A DNA stretch of 63,474 nucleotides, the filler included, from Octopus bimaculoides (Eukaryota), in the NCBI RefSeq assembly GCF_001194135.2. It is 10 parts of 9 records of this genome, joined end to end, with 100 filler letters (N's around TTAATTAATTAA, not from the genome) between each part and the next. Parts side by side here need not be neighbours in the genome. Positions count along the whole stretch, not along the records: positions 21,736 to 32,552 come from NC_068986.1; positions 32,653 to 39,390 come from NC_068985.1; 8 more parts are not named here. One strand, given 5' to 3'. Every line of letters begins with the position of its first letter. Positions within the stretch are counted from its first letter, which is position 1. Below the pieces are notes generated by a model. The model ran no database searches. It had not been told where the DNA came from and was given only the letters and a program-made list of their open reading frames with translations. The translations under genes were made by a program, and so were the position numbers. Positions 25,830 to 39,039 of the stretch are shown here, in pieces.

Positions 25830-26621
25830 GTAACCACCCTCAGCTTCCACCACAGCCTCAAGACGGCTCTGTATTATGGTGCATACGTTTCTTCCTGGGA
25901 TGACTTCGAAAATCTCCTTGATCTTGGCCGCCAGCTCGGCCTTGGTGTTTCAGACAGAGAAATTGGCATCTTTCTCAACTGCGCTCCACACAGTAATCTA
26001 TAGGATTACTATCAGGGTAATATAAGGAGACCAGAAATTGGGGCTTGTGAAGTCGTAGGAATTCCCCGACAACCGTGTACTGTATTTATTATGCAGAAGG
26101 CACTCCTGAGGTATTTCTTCTAAGCCATATCACTGACTGTATGTATTCTTTGACGGAGCATATGGCAAAGAGCCGAATCCTGCTGCCACACATTTGGCCT
26201 TCCAACACCAACTATTTCCAGTCAGTGTTTGATCCAGCAGCTTCACAAAGCCATCTGAATTGAGCCTAAGGTCTTGTTCAAAGATGTAGGGTTGAACTCC
26301 GGCGTGCGGACGTGGTCAAAACGTCTGCTGGTCACGGCTTCACTGTCCCCGTTGCTTCTGTTCATGTCACGTCTTACAGACTTAACTGTGTTCACAGTGA
26401 TTTGAGAAGCAGTCCATGATGAGGTCAGCATCTTGGCACCCGGCTCAAATCATGATGATTTTCCAATATTCAGAGGGTTTCCCGTTCTCCATGTCAGCTA
26501 ACTTTTATTCACCTTCATCTTTTATCTCTATGCTATCCAACGCCGTTGACTGTTAACCAATACAACAAGCTATTCCTGGAAAAAGGAGACAAACATTCGC
26601 CAAATTTAGCCCGAACACCCT
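25830..26621 (-). mobile_element. DD37D/maT-like Tc1/mariner relic
   Basis: Minus strand gives MWQQDSALCH (WQQDxAPxH), a decayed FWPPNSPDLNPxDY region and C-terminal SRLEAVVEAEGGYF. The end is CAGGGTGTTCGGGCTAAATTTG next to TA. Confidence 0.7.
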
Positions 26622-27803
26622 GTAATTGATAATCTAACCTCTCATCTGCTTTGTAATGGTAAAATATTGTTGGGGTAGAATTAGTAGAGCGGCTTCAGGT
26701 ATATTGCCTGGTGACATTTTGTAGTGTTTTTTCGTATTCTGTATTCAATTCTCGCTGAGGTCGCCTTTTTATTTCAACTCACCGATGTCGACAAAATAAA
26801 GTGGCAGTGACTACAAAAATCGATTTAATCGATTTAAATACTGTCTCTAATATCTGAAGTCTTCGCCTTATACTTAAACTCCTTTTTTTTTTTTTTTTGC
26901 AATAGTAAGGAAGGAGTTAAAATCTGTAGACCGCCTGATACGGAGCCTTTATGGCAGTTCTATTTTTGTTAAGGCCAAAGATCAAATATGGCTACCGTTA
27001 ACTCAACATTTTGTCGCTTCAAAATCGATACATATTGAGTTGTCAGTTAGATTTGTTGGTTTTCTATGTTATTTGAATTAGCACGAAATATATAACGTTA
27101 TGTTTTATGATTTTTTTGTAGCACTCTTCACTCTCTCTACAAGTGTCGTTTATCATTCTTGANNNNNNNNNNNNNNNNNNNNNNNNNNNNNNNNNNNNNN
27201 NNNNNNNNNNNNNNNNNNNNNNNNNNNNNNNNNNNNNNNNNNNNNNNNNNNNNNNNNNNNNNNNNNNNNNNNNNNNNNNNNNNNNNNNNNNNNNNNNNNN
27301 NNNNNNNNNNNNNNNNNNNNNNNNNNNNNNNNNNNNNNNNNNNNNNNNNNNNNNNNNNNNNNNNNNNNNNNNNNNNNNNNNNNNNNNNNNNNNNNNNNNN
27401 NNNNNNNNNNNNNNNNNNNNNNNNNNNNNNNNNNNNNNNNNNNNNNNNNNNNNNNNNNNNNNNNNNNNNNNNNNNNNNNNNNNNNNNNNNNNNNNNNNNN
27501 NNNNNNNNNNNNNNNNNNNNNNNNNNNNNNNNNNNNNNNNNNNNNNNNNNNNNNNNNNNNNNNNNNNNNNNNNNNNNNNNNNNNNNNNNNNNNNNNNNNN
27601 NNNNNNNNNNNNNNNNNNNNNNNNNNNNNNNNNNNNNNNNNNNNNNNNNNNNNNNNNNNNNNNNNNNNNNNNNNNNNNNNNNNNNNNNNNNNNNNNNNNN
27701 NNNNNNNNNNNNNNNNNNNNNNNNNNNNNNNNNNNNNNNNNNNNNNNNNNNNNNNNNNNNNNNNNNNNNNNNNNNNNNNNNNNNNNNNNNNNNNNNNNNN
27801 NNN

Positions 27804-27845
<42 letters not shown>

Positions 27846-28391
27846 GAGAGGGACAGAAAGTGAGAGAGAGGGAGAGAAAGAGAGAGAAAGAGAGAAAGAA
27901 AGATGTAGAGGGAGAGAGAAAGAGAAGACGGGAGATAGAGAAAGACTGAGAGATTGAGATAGTGTACACTTAGACAAAAATATGCTCCGTCAAAGAATAC
28001 ATACAGTCAGTGATATGGCTTAGAGGAAATACCTCAGGAGTGTTTTCTGCATAATAAATACAATACATCAGGGTCTCACAGCGAAAAAAAAAAAACGTCT
28101 ATTAACTGAGATTATCCTTGTAAAACAAAGATAAAGGTAAGTCTGTGGTTGAACGTCTCCAAAATTTTCAATCAACTGGTCTTATAAGAGTTAGCTCCCT
28201 TGTAAATTGTTTTTAGACTTTAAACAACATAGCGATAAGTTTGTTTAATAACAGTCATGGCTGTTCAAATTTGTCTAGCTCTCTGTATTATGTATGTGAA
28301 AAAGTAGGCGCTACTGTCTTTGCATCTCGTCAAAAAGTGCACCTGATTAAAAATGGAGACTTACTCACAGAGAGGGCTTACCACTAAAAGA

Positions 28392-28763
28392 GTTAGTTAA
28401 TTTGGCACTCCGTCGCTTACGACGTCGAGGGTTCCAGTTGATCTGATCAACGGAACAGCCAGCTCGCGAAATTAACGTGCAAGTGGCTGAGCACTCCACA
28501 GACACGTGTACCCTTAACGTAGTTCTCGGGGATATTCAGCGTGACAAAGCTGGCCCTTTGAATTACAGGCACAACAGAAACAGGAAGTAAGAGAAAGTTG
28601 TGGTGAAAGAGTACAACAGGGGTCGCCACCACCCCCTGCCGGGGCCTCGTGGAGCTTTAGGTGTTTTCGCTCAATAAACACTTACAACGCCCGGCATGGG
28701 AATCGAAACCGCGATCCTATGACCGCGTGTCCGCTGCCCTAACCACTGGGCCATTTCACCTCC
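28392..28763 (-). mobile_element. tRNA-derived SINE family A, full length, with perfect 12-bp TSD
   Basis: A-box TGGCCCAGTGG and B-box GTTTCGATTCC on the minus strand. ACCACTAAAAGA is repeated at 28380-28391 and 28764-28775. Confidence 0.9.
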
Positions 28764-29385
28764 ACCACTAAAAGAATACCAAGTCAAAATATACTCCACA
28801 TCTGTCGTGTCACCAAGACGGAGTTCTTGGATTCACTTGTACACAAGACCCTAGTACTTATATCAATTAATTCAAATAAACTTTGCTTCTAGGCTGGTCC
28901 AGATTACCGTTTAGTTTTCGTGACCTGATGAAAATACTTTCTTTAACTAAATGACACCACCGAAAATTGCACATTTGGATTAAATTTTGTAACGTAACAT
29001 TCTCGGCAAGCATATTCTGATAATTCTCTCCAGGCAATCCTTCCAATTTCACATTTGTAACTCGTTGGGAGTAAAAACTGTATTTCATCTGGCAAAATAT
29101 GAAAATAATATTGCGACTGACAGGTGTCTCACGTTTCAATAAGCAAATTTGATATATTAACGAACATATTTATATATCCATGGGTGAGGTGCACACTTTC
29201 GGATTTATGCTCGTATGTATGCACACATGTACATACCTCGCTTATGAATCTACAGATATAAAGAGCAGCTCCTATATAAAAAAAACTTTTCCCTTATATG
29301 TGCATGTGCTGACGTGTTTTATGCGTGTGTCTATACATACACACGCACGCGCGCACGCACACACATACACAGCGCCTTTAAATAT

Positions 29386-29425
<40 letters not shown>

Positions 29426-29501
29426 ATATATATGAATTTTATACACAATCTTATACACACATATAAACGAATACATATACATACATACATANNNNNNNNN
29501 N

Positions 29502-29544
<43 letters not shown>

Positions 29545-29626
29545 TATATATATATGTAACTCTTACATGTATGTGTGTATATATAATTGTAAATATTTAT
29601 ACCTGTCTGTTTGTCTGCCAGTCTGT

Positions 29627-29692
<66 letters not shown>

Positions 29693-30669
29693 GTCTCTCT
29701 ATCTACCAGTCTATCTGTTTGTTTATTTAACGTACATGTATANNNNNNNNNNNNNNNNNNNNNNNNNNNNNNNNNNNNNNNNNNNNNNNNNNNNNNNNNN
29801 NNNNNNNNNNNNNNNNNNNNNNNNNNNNNNNNNNNNNNNNNNNNNNNNNNNNNNNNNNNNNNNNNNNNNNNNNNNNNNNNNNNNNNNNNNNNNNNNNNNN
29901 NNNNNNNNNNNNNNNNNNNNNNNNNNNNNNNNNNNNNNNNNNNNNNNNNNNNNNNNNNNNNNNNNNNNNNNNNNNNNNNNNNNNNNNNNNNNNNNNNNNN
30001 NNNNNNNNNNNNNNNNNNNNNNNNNNNNNNNNNNNNNNNNNNNNNNNNNNNNNNNNNNNNNNNNNNNNNNNNNNNNNNNNNNNNNNNNNNNNNNNNNNNN
30101 NNNNNNNNNNNNNNNNNNNNNNNNNNNNNNNNNNNNNNNNNNNNNNNNNNNNNNNNNNNNNNNNNNNNNNNNNNNNNNNNNNNNNNNNNNNNNNNNNNNN
30201 NNNNNNNNNNNNNNNNNNNNNNNNNNNNNNNNNNNNNNNNNNNNNNNNNNNNNNNNNNNNNNNNNNNNNNNNNNNNNNNNNNNNNNNNNNNNNNNNNNNN
30301 NNNNNNNNNNNNNNNNNNNNNNNNNNNNNNNNNNNNNNNNNNNNNNNNNNNNNNNNNNNNNNNNNNNAAAAAAGAACAACAAAATTTCTCGATAGTCTAA
30401 AAATGAGAAAAAAAAAACTCTCAAAAAATTAGAAAGTCTTCCTTCGCCCGGGGAAAATCTTATGTAGCAGTACCGATTAAGGAACTTCTACGAGAACGCA
30501 CAACCTGCTAGAAATAACTGTCAGCTCAATATCATATCACATCCTGCCATCATAGAAATTAAGGGAAGACATTTCGCATAAAATGATTCAAGGAAAATGA
30601 CGCATAATCACGAATTGAATGCTTTTTTTTATTTCGATATAGCGTTGCGATATCAGGGTTGCTTGGGAT

Positions 30670-30785
30670 TGAACAACACCAGCTGGAGCAGCAACTGCAG
30701 CAGCAACTGCAGCAACAACTGCAGCAGTAAAAACAGCAACAACTGCAGCAGTAAAAACAACAACAATAGCAAGAACAACAAGCAG
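30670..30785. repeat. Degenerate (CAA/CAG)n trinucleotide repeat
   Basis: Read directly; it explains the Cys-rich and Ala-rich spurious ORFs. Confidence 0.85.
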
Positions 30786-31524
30786 GTAAGGTCCCCTCGA
30801 CAAACTTCATATCGACTTTAGAAAGACAGACACCATTCGATAATGTTGGACCTACGACAAGGTTATTTGTGTATAATCAACGAAATGGTCACGATTGGAA
30901 AACCTTTGATCACTGTCTACTTGCTTAATCTATGCTGACATGGGTGGGTGTAGATAATCATAACAAAAGGAACGACAAAAAACAGTACCAACAGCACTAA
31001 CAGCACCATCAGTAACAATATCAACACCACAGGTTCTTTATATATATANNNNNNNNNNNNNNNNNNNNNNNNNNNNNNNNNNNNNNNNNNNNNNNNNNNN
31101 NNNNNNNNNNNNNNNNNNNNNNNNNNNNNNNNNNNNNNNNNNNNNNNNNNNNNNNNNNNNNNNNNNNNNNNNNNNNNNNNNNNNNNNNNNNNNNNNNNNN
31201 NNNNNNNNNNNNNNNNNNNNNNNNNNNNNNNNNNNNNNNNNNNNNNNNNNNNNNNNNNNNNNNNNNNNNNNNNNNNNNNNNNNNNNNNNNNNNNNNNNNN
31301 NNNNNNNNNNNNNNNNNNNNNNNNNNNNNNNNNNNNNNNNNNNNNNNNNNNNNNNNNNNNNNNNNNNNNNNNNNNNNNNNNNNNNNNNNNNNNNNNNNNN
31401 NNNNNNNNNNNNNNNNNNNNNNNNNNNNNNNNNNNNNNNNNNNNNNNNNNNNNNNNNNNNNNNNNNNNNNNNNNNNNNNNNNNNNNCTGAAAATTTTTTG
31501 CTTTAGATGTATGTATTGGTATGT

Positions 31525-31817
31525 GGAGGCGAAAGCACCTAAAGCTCCACGAGGCTCCGGCAGGGGATGGTGGCGAACCCTGCTGTACTCTTTCACCACA
31601 ACTTCCTCTCACTCTTACTTCCTGTTTCTGTTGTATCTGTATTTCAAAGGGCCAGCCTTGTCACACTGTATCACGCTGAATATCCCCGAAAACTACGTTA
31701 AGGGTACACGTGTCTGTGGAGTGCTCAGCCACTTGCACGTTAATTTCACGAGCAGGCTGTTCCGTTGATCGGATCAACTGGAACCCTCGAAGTCGTAACC
31801 GACGGAGTGCCAACATA
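31525..31817 (+). mobile_element. SINE family A copy with the tRNA head internally deleted, 11-bp TSD
   Basis: GGAGGCG joins directly to AAAGCACCTAAAGCTCC. TATTGGTATGT occurs at 31514-31524 and 31818-31828. Confidence 0.85.
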
Positions 31818-32793
31818 TATTGGTATGTATTGCAAGAAACAGCCAGGTTTCGTTCTCTAACATTTTACGTAGTTCAACCTACGCAAGTTAATGTGTGAAA
31901 CAAAATAGGAATTTTAAAAGAAGTTTCTATAAAACTAGCTTTTAATCATCAAATGACGATGGGGTCCACCAGAATAAAATAGTAATCTAAGGGATCCATA
32001 TCCATAGATAAAAAATGGTTGAGAACCCCTACCCTCGATGAAAGAAATTCTGAAATAACAGCCGCCTCATTGCGAAGCCAGAAACCATGCTCTTGTTTGT
32101 TTCTGGACAACTTGGATTTGAAGAAAGTCTTAGCGGTGTTGTGCAAGCTTACTATTGACTTCAAGTTTCAGCGCTGGCGTTGCTGACAGCCATTGTCTTT
32201 AACACCGAGGAAAAGAGAATTAGTCAGTGATGGTCATACTCGTCTTCTAGTTGACAGCCACCATGTATGTATGTATGTATGTATGTATGTATGTATGTAT
32301 GTATGTATGTATGTATGCACGTTATTACATTTGTATACTTACACACAGGCAAACATTCAAGCAAATGTACGTTTATAATGCTCTCTAGGGTGGCTGTGTG
32401 GTAAGTTGCTTGCTTACCAACCACGTGGTTCTGGGTTCAGTCCCACTGAGTGGCACCTTGGGCAAGTGTCTTCTACTATAGCCTCGGGCCGACCAAAGCC
32501 TTGTGAGTGGATTTGGTAGACGGAAACTGAAAGAAGCCAGTCGCATATATATNNNNNNNNNNNNNNNNNNNNNNNNNNNNNNNNNNNNNNNNNNNNTTAA
32601 TTAATTAANNNNNNNNNNNNNNNNNNNNNNNNNNNNNNNNNNNNNNNNNNNNAACATAAAGAATATTTCCCTTCATCAGTTGTCCCTGTCCATCTACTCC
32701 GCATTTCGAAGGTAAGGACAATACGTGATTTCGTTGGAACAGTCCTTCCCGCAAAGCAAATTAAATAAAATTTGGAATTTATATATGTATATA

Positions 32794-34068
32794 CAGTGGC
32801 TGGACAAAATAATGAAAACACCTATCATCATAATTTTGAAATATCTATAAAACCATCAAAAGCTTGTTTATTTTTATGATTTTTTATTTATTAATAGTGT
32901 TGCTTAATATGTTTTGTTAAAATTGCTGTTTCTTTTCAGATATCATCAGAAAAATGTAATTAAAATTCATTGAAATGATAGATCTATCGGACTTTCAAAA
33001 AGGTCAAATTGTTGGTGCTTGTATGGCAGGCGCAAGCATAACGAAAACAGCCAAAATGTTTGGTGTATCAAGAAGTACTGTCTCAAAAGTAATGACAGCC
33101 TTTGAGAAAGAGGAGAAAACCTCCTTGTTAAAACAAAACTCCGGAAGAAAACCAGAACTTTCAGATAGGGACCATCAGCCTCTTACATGAACTGTAAGAA
33201 AGGATCACAAAGTACAGCTCCCAAAATTACTGCAGAGCTTAATGACCACCTTGAGAACCCAGTTTCCACAAAAACTGTTCGCCAGGAGCAGCAAAAAGCC
33301 AGATTTCATGAGAGGGCTGCAAACAGAAAACCACTACTTTCAAAAACAAACGTTGCAAAGCGTTTAGAGTAGAGTAAAAACCTACAGAATTGGTCCCTAG
33401 AGCAGTGGAAGCATATTATTTTCTTGGATGAGTCATCTTTTACCTTATTTCTGACCACCAGTCGAGTATATGTGGAGAGACAGCCAAAAGAAGCATTTGA
33501 GACAGCCAAAAGATGAATTTGATCCAGACTATTAAACATGGAGGAGGATCTGTGATAATCTGGTGGGGGTGCTATAACTTGGAAATCTGCTCGCCCAATG
33601 GTTTCCCTTCATGGTAGAATTAATAGTCAAGACTATTTAAGCATTTTATCTAATTAAATTCATCCTATGGTTGCAGAACTGTTTCTGGAGGGAAACGCAA
33701 TCTTTCAGGGTGATAATGCACCAATTCACACGACTAAAGTTGTTCCTGAATGGCACAAGGAACATTCTAGTGAAGTTGAACATCTTATTTGGTCACGACA
33801 GTCCCCAGATCTCAATATTATTGAACATTTATGGTGCATTTTAGAAAAACAAGTAAGGAGTTGATATCCTCCACTATCATCACTATAAGAACTGGAGACT
33901 GTTTTAGCTGAAAAATGGACAATAATTCCTTTGGAAACAATTCAAACTTTGTATGAGTCCCTACCTCATAGAATTCAAGCTGTAACTACTGCCAAAGACA
34001 ATCTTACACCATATCAAAATAAATTTGTTTGAAATTTAAGGTGTTTCCATTATGTTGTCCAAGCCCTG
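32794..34068 (+). mobile_element. Full-length Tc1 (DD34E) DNA transposon, inactivated
   Basis: TIRs CAGTGGCTGGACAAAATAATGAAAACACC / CAGGGCTTGGACAACATAATGGAAACACC with TA on both sides. HTH region plus IFLDESSF, FQGDNAPIH and SPDLNIIEHLW, with stops and frameshifts. Confidence 0.92.
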
Positions 34069-34074
34069 TATATG

Positions 34075-34113
<39 letters not shown>

Positions 34114-34817
34114 TTTTAAATTCAACTTACATTGAAAGTCAGCAAACAAAGTTTGCTTAAGAAGCGTTGAGATGTATTGAAAGATACAAATAAGGAAATA
34201 ATTTTATTCTTAAATGCAGAATAATACGAATAATAGAGCATGAACAGGATAAACTATCTATATCTTCTTTTATTCTTTTACTTGTTTCAGTCATTTGATT
34301 ACAGCCATGCTGGAGCACTGCTTTTAATTGAAGAAATTGACCCCAGGACTTATTCTTTATAAGCCTAGTACTTATTCTATCTGTCTATTTTGCTGAACTG
34401 CTAGGTTTATAGGGACGTAAACACACCAATGTCGGTTGTCAAGTGATGGTGGGAGACAAACACAGACGCACAAATACATATATACACACATATATATATA
34501 TATAGAGAGAGAGAGAAAGGGAAAAGTCATGGGTTCTAAATCTCATATATATAAAGTTAGATAAGGCATAAAGGTTTATGGAACTTTATTTATATAATGT
34601 ACTGCTCTATAATTTAGAGTGTGCTTCTTTTTGGGATTTATGTTTTACCAAGTGGCTGTGTGGTAAAAAGGTTGCTTCCCAACCACATGGTTCCAATTTC
34701 AGTCCCACTGCATGGCACCCTGGGCAAGTGTCTTCTACTATAGCCTTGGGCCGACCAAAGCCTTGTGAGTGGATTTAGTAGACGGGAACTGAAAGATGTC
34801 CATCGTATATATACATA

Positions 34818-35052
34818 CAGGGTGGCCCAGAAGTAGGTTTACAGTTATCACATAGGCACTTTAAATTTCTTTTAAAATATTTTATTACATTTAAATTTCT
34901 ATCTTACAAACTGAAAAGAGAGCTTGACAAAATCAACTAAATTAGCATAGAATAATGGTTTCATATTTTTTTATAATTAAGATCCAAACTGTTAATATAT
35001 GAATGCAAAAGAGATAGTTGAATAACTGTAAACTTACTTTTAGGCCACCCTG
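34818..35052. mobile_element. 235-bp Tc1/mariner-type MITE nested in the microsatellite of a SINE-B copy
   Basis: TIRs of about 31 bp, CAGGGTGGCCCAGAAGTAGGTTTACAGTTAT / CAGGGTGGCCTAAAAGTAAGTTTACAGTTAT, with TA at 34816-17 and 35053-54. Confidence 0.88.
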
Positions 35053-35579
35053 TATATATATGTATGTATTTGTGTGCCAGTGTTTGTCCTCCCACTATTG
35101 CTTGACAACTGATGTTGGTGTGTTTACGTCCCCATAACTTAGCAGTTTGGCAAAAGAGACTGATAGAATAAACTCTAGGCTTAGAAAGAATGAGTCCTGG
35201 GGTCGATTTGTTTGACTAAAGGTGGTGCTCCAACATGGCCACAGTCAAATGACTGAAACAAGTAAAAGAATATAAGTATATATATATATATATNNNNNNN
35301 NNNNNNNNNNNNNNNNNNNNNNNNNNNNNNNNNNNNNNNNNNNNNNNNNNNNNNNNNNNNNNNNNNNNNNNNNNNNNTATATATATGAAAATCAAATTTT
35401 TAAATATAAAAAATGGAGGTGGAAATAGCACAGAAGTAAGTCTAAAACATTTCAATTTGAGAAAGAACTTAACAAAGAATTATATAAAGAAAATATTATT
35501 GGTTTCGATGTATATCATCTTTTTAAATATCAGTAAAAATTCATAGAAATTTGAAGTACAAACAGTTTTGTCTTCTGTC

Positions 35580-37155
35580 TGGGGGTCAAGACATATTCTT
35601 GACTCCCAGACAGAAGAGGAGAGCCTGCCAAATGTTGATCCAGTAGAGGGACCAGCTATCCGAATAAACAACACCCTGGTGGATAAAGCAATCAAGGGTA
35701 TGATGCCAGGAAATGCCCCGGCCCATTAGGAATCACTGCTGAGATGCTTAAAACATCTGGTGGTGTGGGCTATGGCCTAGTCACCTGCATTGTAAACCAG
35801 GTAGTTCATGATGGAGTCATACCCAATGACTGGTGTAGCAGCACCATAGTCAACTCCTACAAAGGTAAAGGTGATGCTTTAGATAGAAATAACTACAGGG
35901 GTATCAAACTGCTGGATCAGGTGATGAAGGTCACAGAGAGGGTCATAGCCCAACTAATTAGGAGAGAGTCTGCTTAGATGAGATGCAGTTTGGTTTTGTG
36001 CCAGGTAGAAGCACCACTGATACTATATTCCTGGTGTGGCAACTGCAGGAGAAATACCTAGCCAAAGATAAACCCTTATATTTGGCTTTTGAGAACTTGG
36101 AGAGAGCCTTTGACTGGGGAAACTGGGGATTGACAAATAGTTGATAAGAGCTGTACAAGCCCTGTACAGAGATGCTGTTAGTAAGGTTAGGGTTGGCAAT
36201 GAGTATAATGAAGAATTCTGAGTAGAAGTAGGAGTCCACCAAGGATCATCCCTCAGCCCCTTCTTATTCATCATAGTCCTCCAGGCAATAACAGAGGAAT
36301 ACAAGATAGGTTGCTGATGACCTGGCCCTCATAGCAGAATCACTACCAGAACTAGAGAATAAATTTCAGGTGTGGAAGCAAGGTTTAAAATCGAAGGGCC
36401 TTAGAGTCAATGTTGCAAAGACCAAAGTTCTAGTAAGTAGGAAGGCGAGCACATCACACACCCCTTCAGGTAGGTGGCTTGATCTGTAGAAAAGGTGTAG
36501 GTAGAGACTCCATAAGATGTACTCAGTGTAAGCTATGGACACATAAGAGGTGCAGCAACATCAAAGGAAGATTAACTGGGAAGATAGCTTTCATGTGCAG
36601 CAGATGCACAGGGGCAATAAACACCACATATGCTCTGAAAACAGATTCCATCACATGCCAGCGGGAGAAACTAGAAGTAGTTGATAGCTTCTGCTAACTA
36701 GGTGACCAAGTCTGTAGTGGGGGTGGATGGTCAGAGAGTGTTACCACTAGAATAAGAATAGCCTGGGCAAAGTTCAGAAAGCTTCTACCTCCTAGTGGTG
36801 ACAAAGGGCCTCTCACTCAGAGTGAAAGGTAGATTGTACAATGCATGTGTGCAAACTGCCATGCTTCACAGCAGTGAAACATGGGCTGTGACTGCTGAGG
36901 ACATGCGTAGGTTCAAAAGAAATGAAGCTAGCATGATCCGCTGGATGTATAATGTCAGTGTGCACACAACAGAGTGTAAGCGCCTTGAGAGAAATGTTGG
37001 ACATAAGAAGCATCGGATGTGGCATGCAAGAGAGACGTTTGTGCTGGTATGGTCATGTACTATAGATGGATGAGAAGAGCTGTGTGAAGAAGTGTCACTC
37101 CCAAACAGTTGAAGGAATCCAGGGTAAAGGTAGACCCAGGAAGACATCGGATGGT
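35580..37155 (+). mobile_element. RTE-clade LINE RT fragment, followed by an inverted RTE 3'-end fragment (about 37160-37570, minus)
   Basis: Same motifs as 1-3246 (NNYRGIKLLDQVMKV, GVHQG, ADDL, LHSSETW), with stops and deletions. Confidence 0.88.
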
Positions 37156-37679
37156 GCTATGAGCGCTCCACTGGCATGAGTGCCAGTCATCGAATTTGGT
37201 TCAGTTTCAATCTCACTTGCCCTAACAGGTCTTCGCAAGTGAGAGTTTAGTGTCCAATGAAGGAAGGTTGGCATGGATGCCGCCAGTCAACGAATTTGGT
37301 TCAAATTTCGATTTCGATTTCACTTGCCTCAACAGGTCTTTGCAAGCAGGGTATTGTGTCCAATGAAGGAAAGGTACGCATAAGTGGGCTGGTTACACCC
37401 CTGGTAAAGGCCACGGGTTATGGTCTCACTTGGCTTGCCGAGTCTTCTCACGCACAGCATATTTCCAAAGGTCTCAGTCACATGTCATTGCCTCGGTGAG
37501 GCCTAATGTTCAAAGGTTGTGCTTCACCACCTCATCTCAGGTCTTCCTGGGTCTACCTCTTCCAGCGTTTCAACTCTGTGTGAGTATATGTGTGTGCATG
37601 TACAAGGGAAGTATGTGAATGTTTGTATGTGTGATTATTATGTATCTTATTTTGTACCTTATTTATATATAAAACGACC

Positions 37680-38330
37680 AGCATTTAGGCGGCAAGACAG
37701 ACCGTGAAAACCTGTGGAGTTGAGGAGCCTACCACAGCGACATCTCAGTCCCCTACAGACGTCAGCTCCCACTCCGAGTGTGATAGAGATGCAGAGCTCA
37801 TCTAGACTGTGTAAACTTCCAATGTTGGCCACAGGCAGGGCTCAATCCAGTCCCCCGGGAATTTTGCACTAGTAGAAAGTAGGCAACACCTTGAAAATTG
37901 ATCAGATTGATCAAGGTGAGAGTTGAAAGTGGCACCTGAGTGCAGATTGTCCCATACTCTCTGCTTCTGTCTGTCCTCAACTGTAACAAGAACTGGCAAG
38001 CTCCCACTGTAACAGAGCTCCATTCATTTTCCTGTTGGAACTAGTCCATGTTGGAGAGAAGGGGATGTTGCCTTCTAAATGGGTGCAGGCATGAATGGAG
38101 GAAAGAAAACAGAGAAGAGGTAGAGACGAGCACTTGTGCAGACCTAGATCCCCAAACCGTTGAGGCAAAGCAGCCTGGTCGCGGGACTCTGGAGAGAGTC
38201 TGACATTGACCAAGCATTCGAGTTTCCTGAAAATTAAGTTGTCAAAGCATTGGAAAGACGAGGATAATCTATGAGAGGGACTAACTCTGAGAAAATGCAA
38301 AAGCTTAGGAGTCGACAACTAATTCCTAAG
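37680..38330 (-). mobile_element. CRE-like non-LTR retrotransposon fragment (post-RT region plus CCHC zinc knuckle)
   Basis: QAALPQRFGDLGL...FLSS, then WDNL...SRCCLLS...GDWI, then CRCGRLLNSTGFHGLSC, resembling the CRE-clade pattern as recalled. Confidence 0.7.
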
Positions 38331-38369
38331 TATAAAAAAACCTTGGTGGGGCTCAATTACCTCAAGATT

Positions 38370-38750
38370 TGAAAAAGTTAGTTCAAATTCTGCAGAGGTC
38401 AGTTTTGCTCTCATCCTTTCGGGGTCAATAAAATAAGTTCCAGTTGAGCACTGGGGACGATGTAAAAATTGCTGGCCTTGTGCCAAAATTGGAAAGAATT
38501 ATAATTGTGATTATGTTACTGTATCTTAAATTAGCATATATTATTGGTTTCGAATTTTGGCACAAGGCCAGCAAAGGAAGGGAGAAGTCGATTATATCGA
38601 CATCAGTACTCAACTTATACTCATTTTATCGACCACGAAAGGATGAAAAGTAAAGTCGACCCTGGTCGCATTTGAATTTAGAACGTATAGTCGGATGAAA
38701 TGCCGTTAAGCATTTTGACCGGCGCAGAAACAATTCTGCTAGCTCGCGGT
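38370..38750. mobile_element. tRNA-derived SINE family C (GCCTTTCATCCTTTCGGGGTCGATAAAATAAGTACCAG core), two copies in opposite orientation. Other copies: 42537-43325, 57790-57990, 60305-60627, 60925-61115, 63060-63230
   Basis: A recurrent core with a GAGTTCAAAT B-box-like motif. The core resembles the Meta-SINE domain as recalled; not verified. Confidence 0.75.
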
Positions 38751-39039
38751 CTTAATATATCATATAGTGTTACTAACAATTTTCTTTTCTGATTCTTGAT
38801 GAAATAATCATGAATATTAAAACGAATATAGCTATAAATCTATGAGCGCTAGTTGAAAATGGAATCTCTTTCAAGTGAATATATTTTGAGAGTTCTTCCT
38901 AGCACAAGATTTTTTTATTTTTTCGTTTTTTTTAAAGCTTAATTCTTGTTGTACCTTTCTTCCCAGCTTCATTTAAGTTGTAGCCTTCTAACAGTGTACA
39001 GCAACGGATTTTCAGGTGTATCATGGTGTTTTAGATATA

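Noticed and set aside
30559-30810. Cys-rich 83-aa ORF resembling a metallothionein or keratin-associated protein
   Set aside because: It is the reverse translation of a (CAG/CAA)n repeat.
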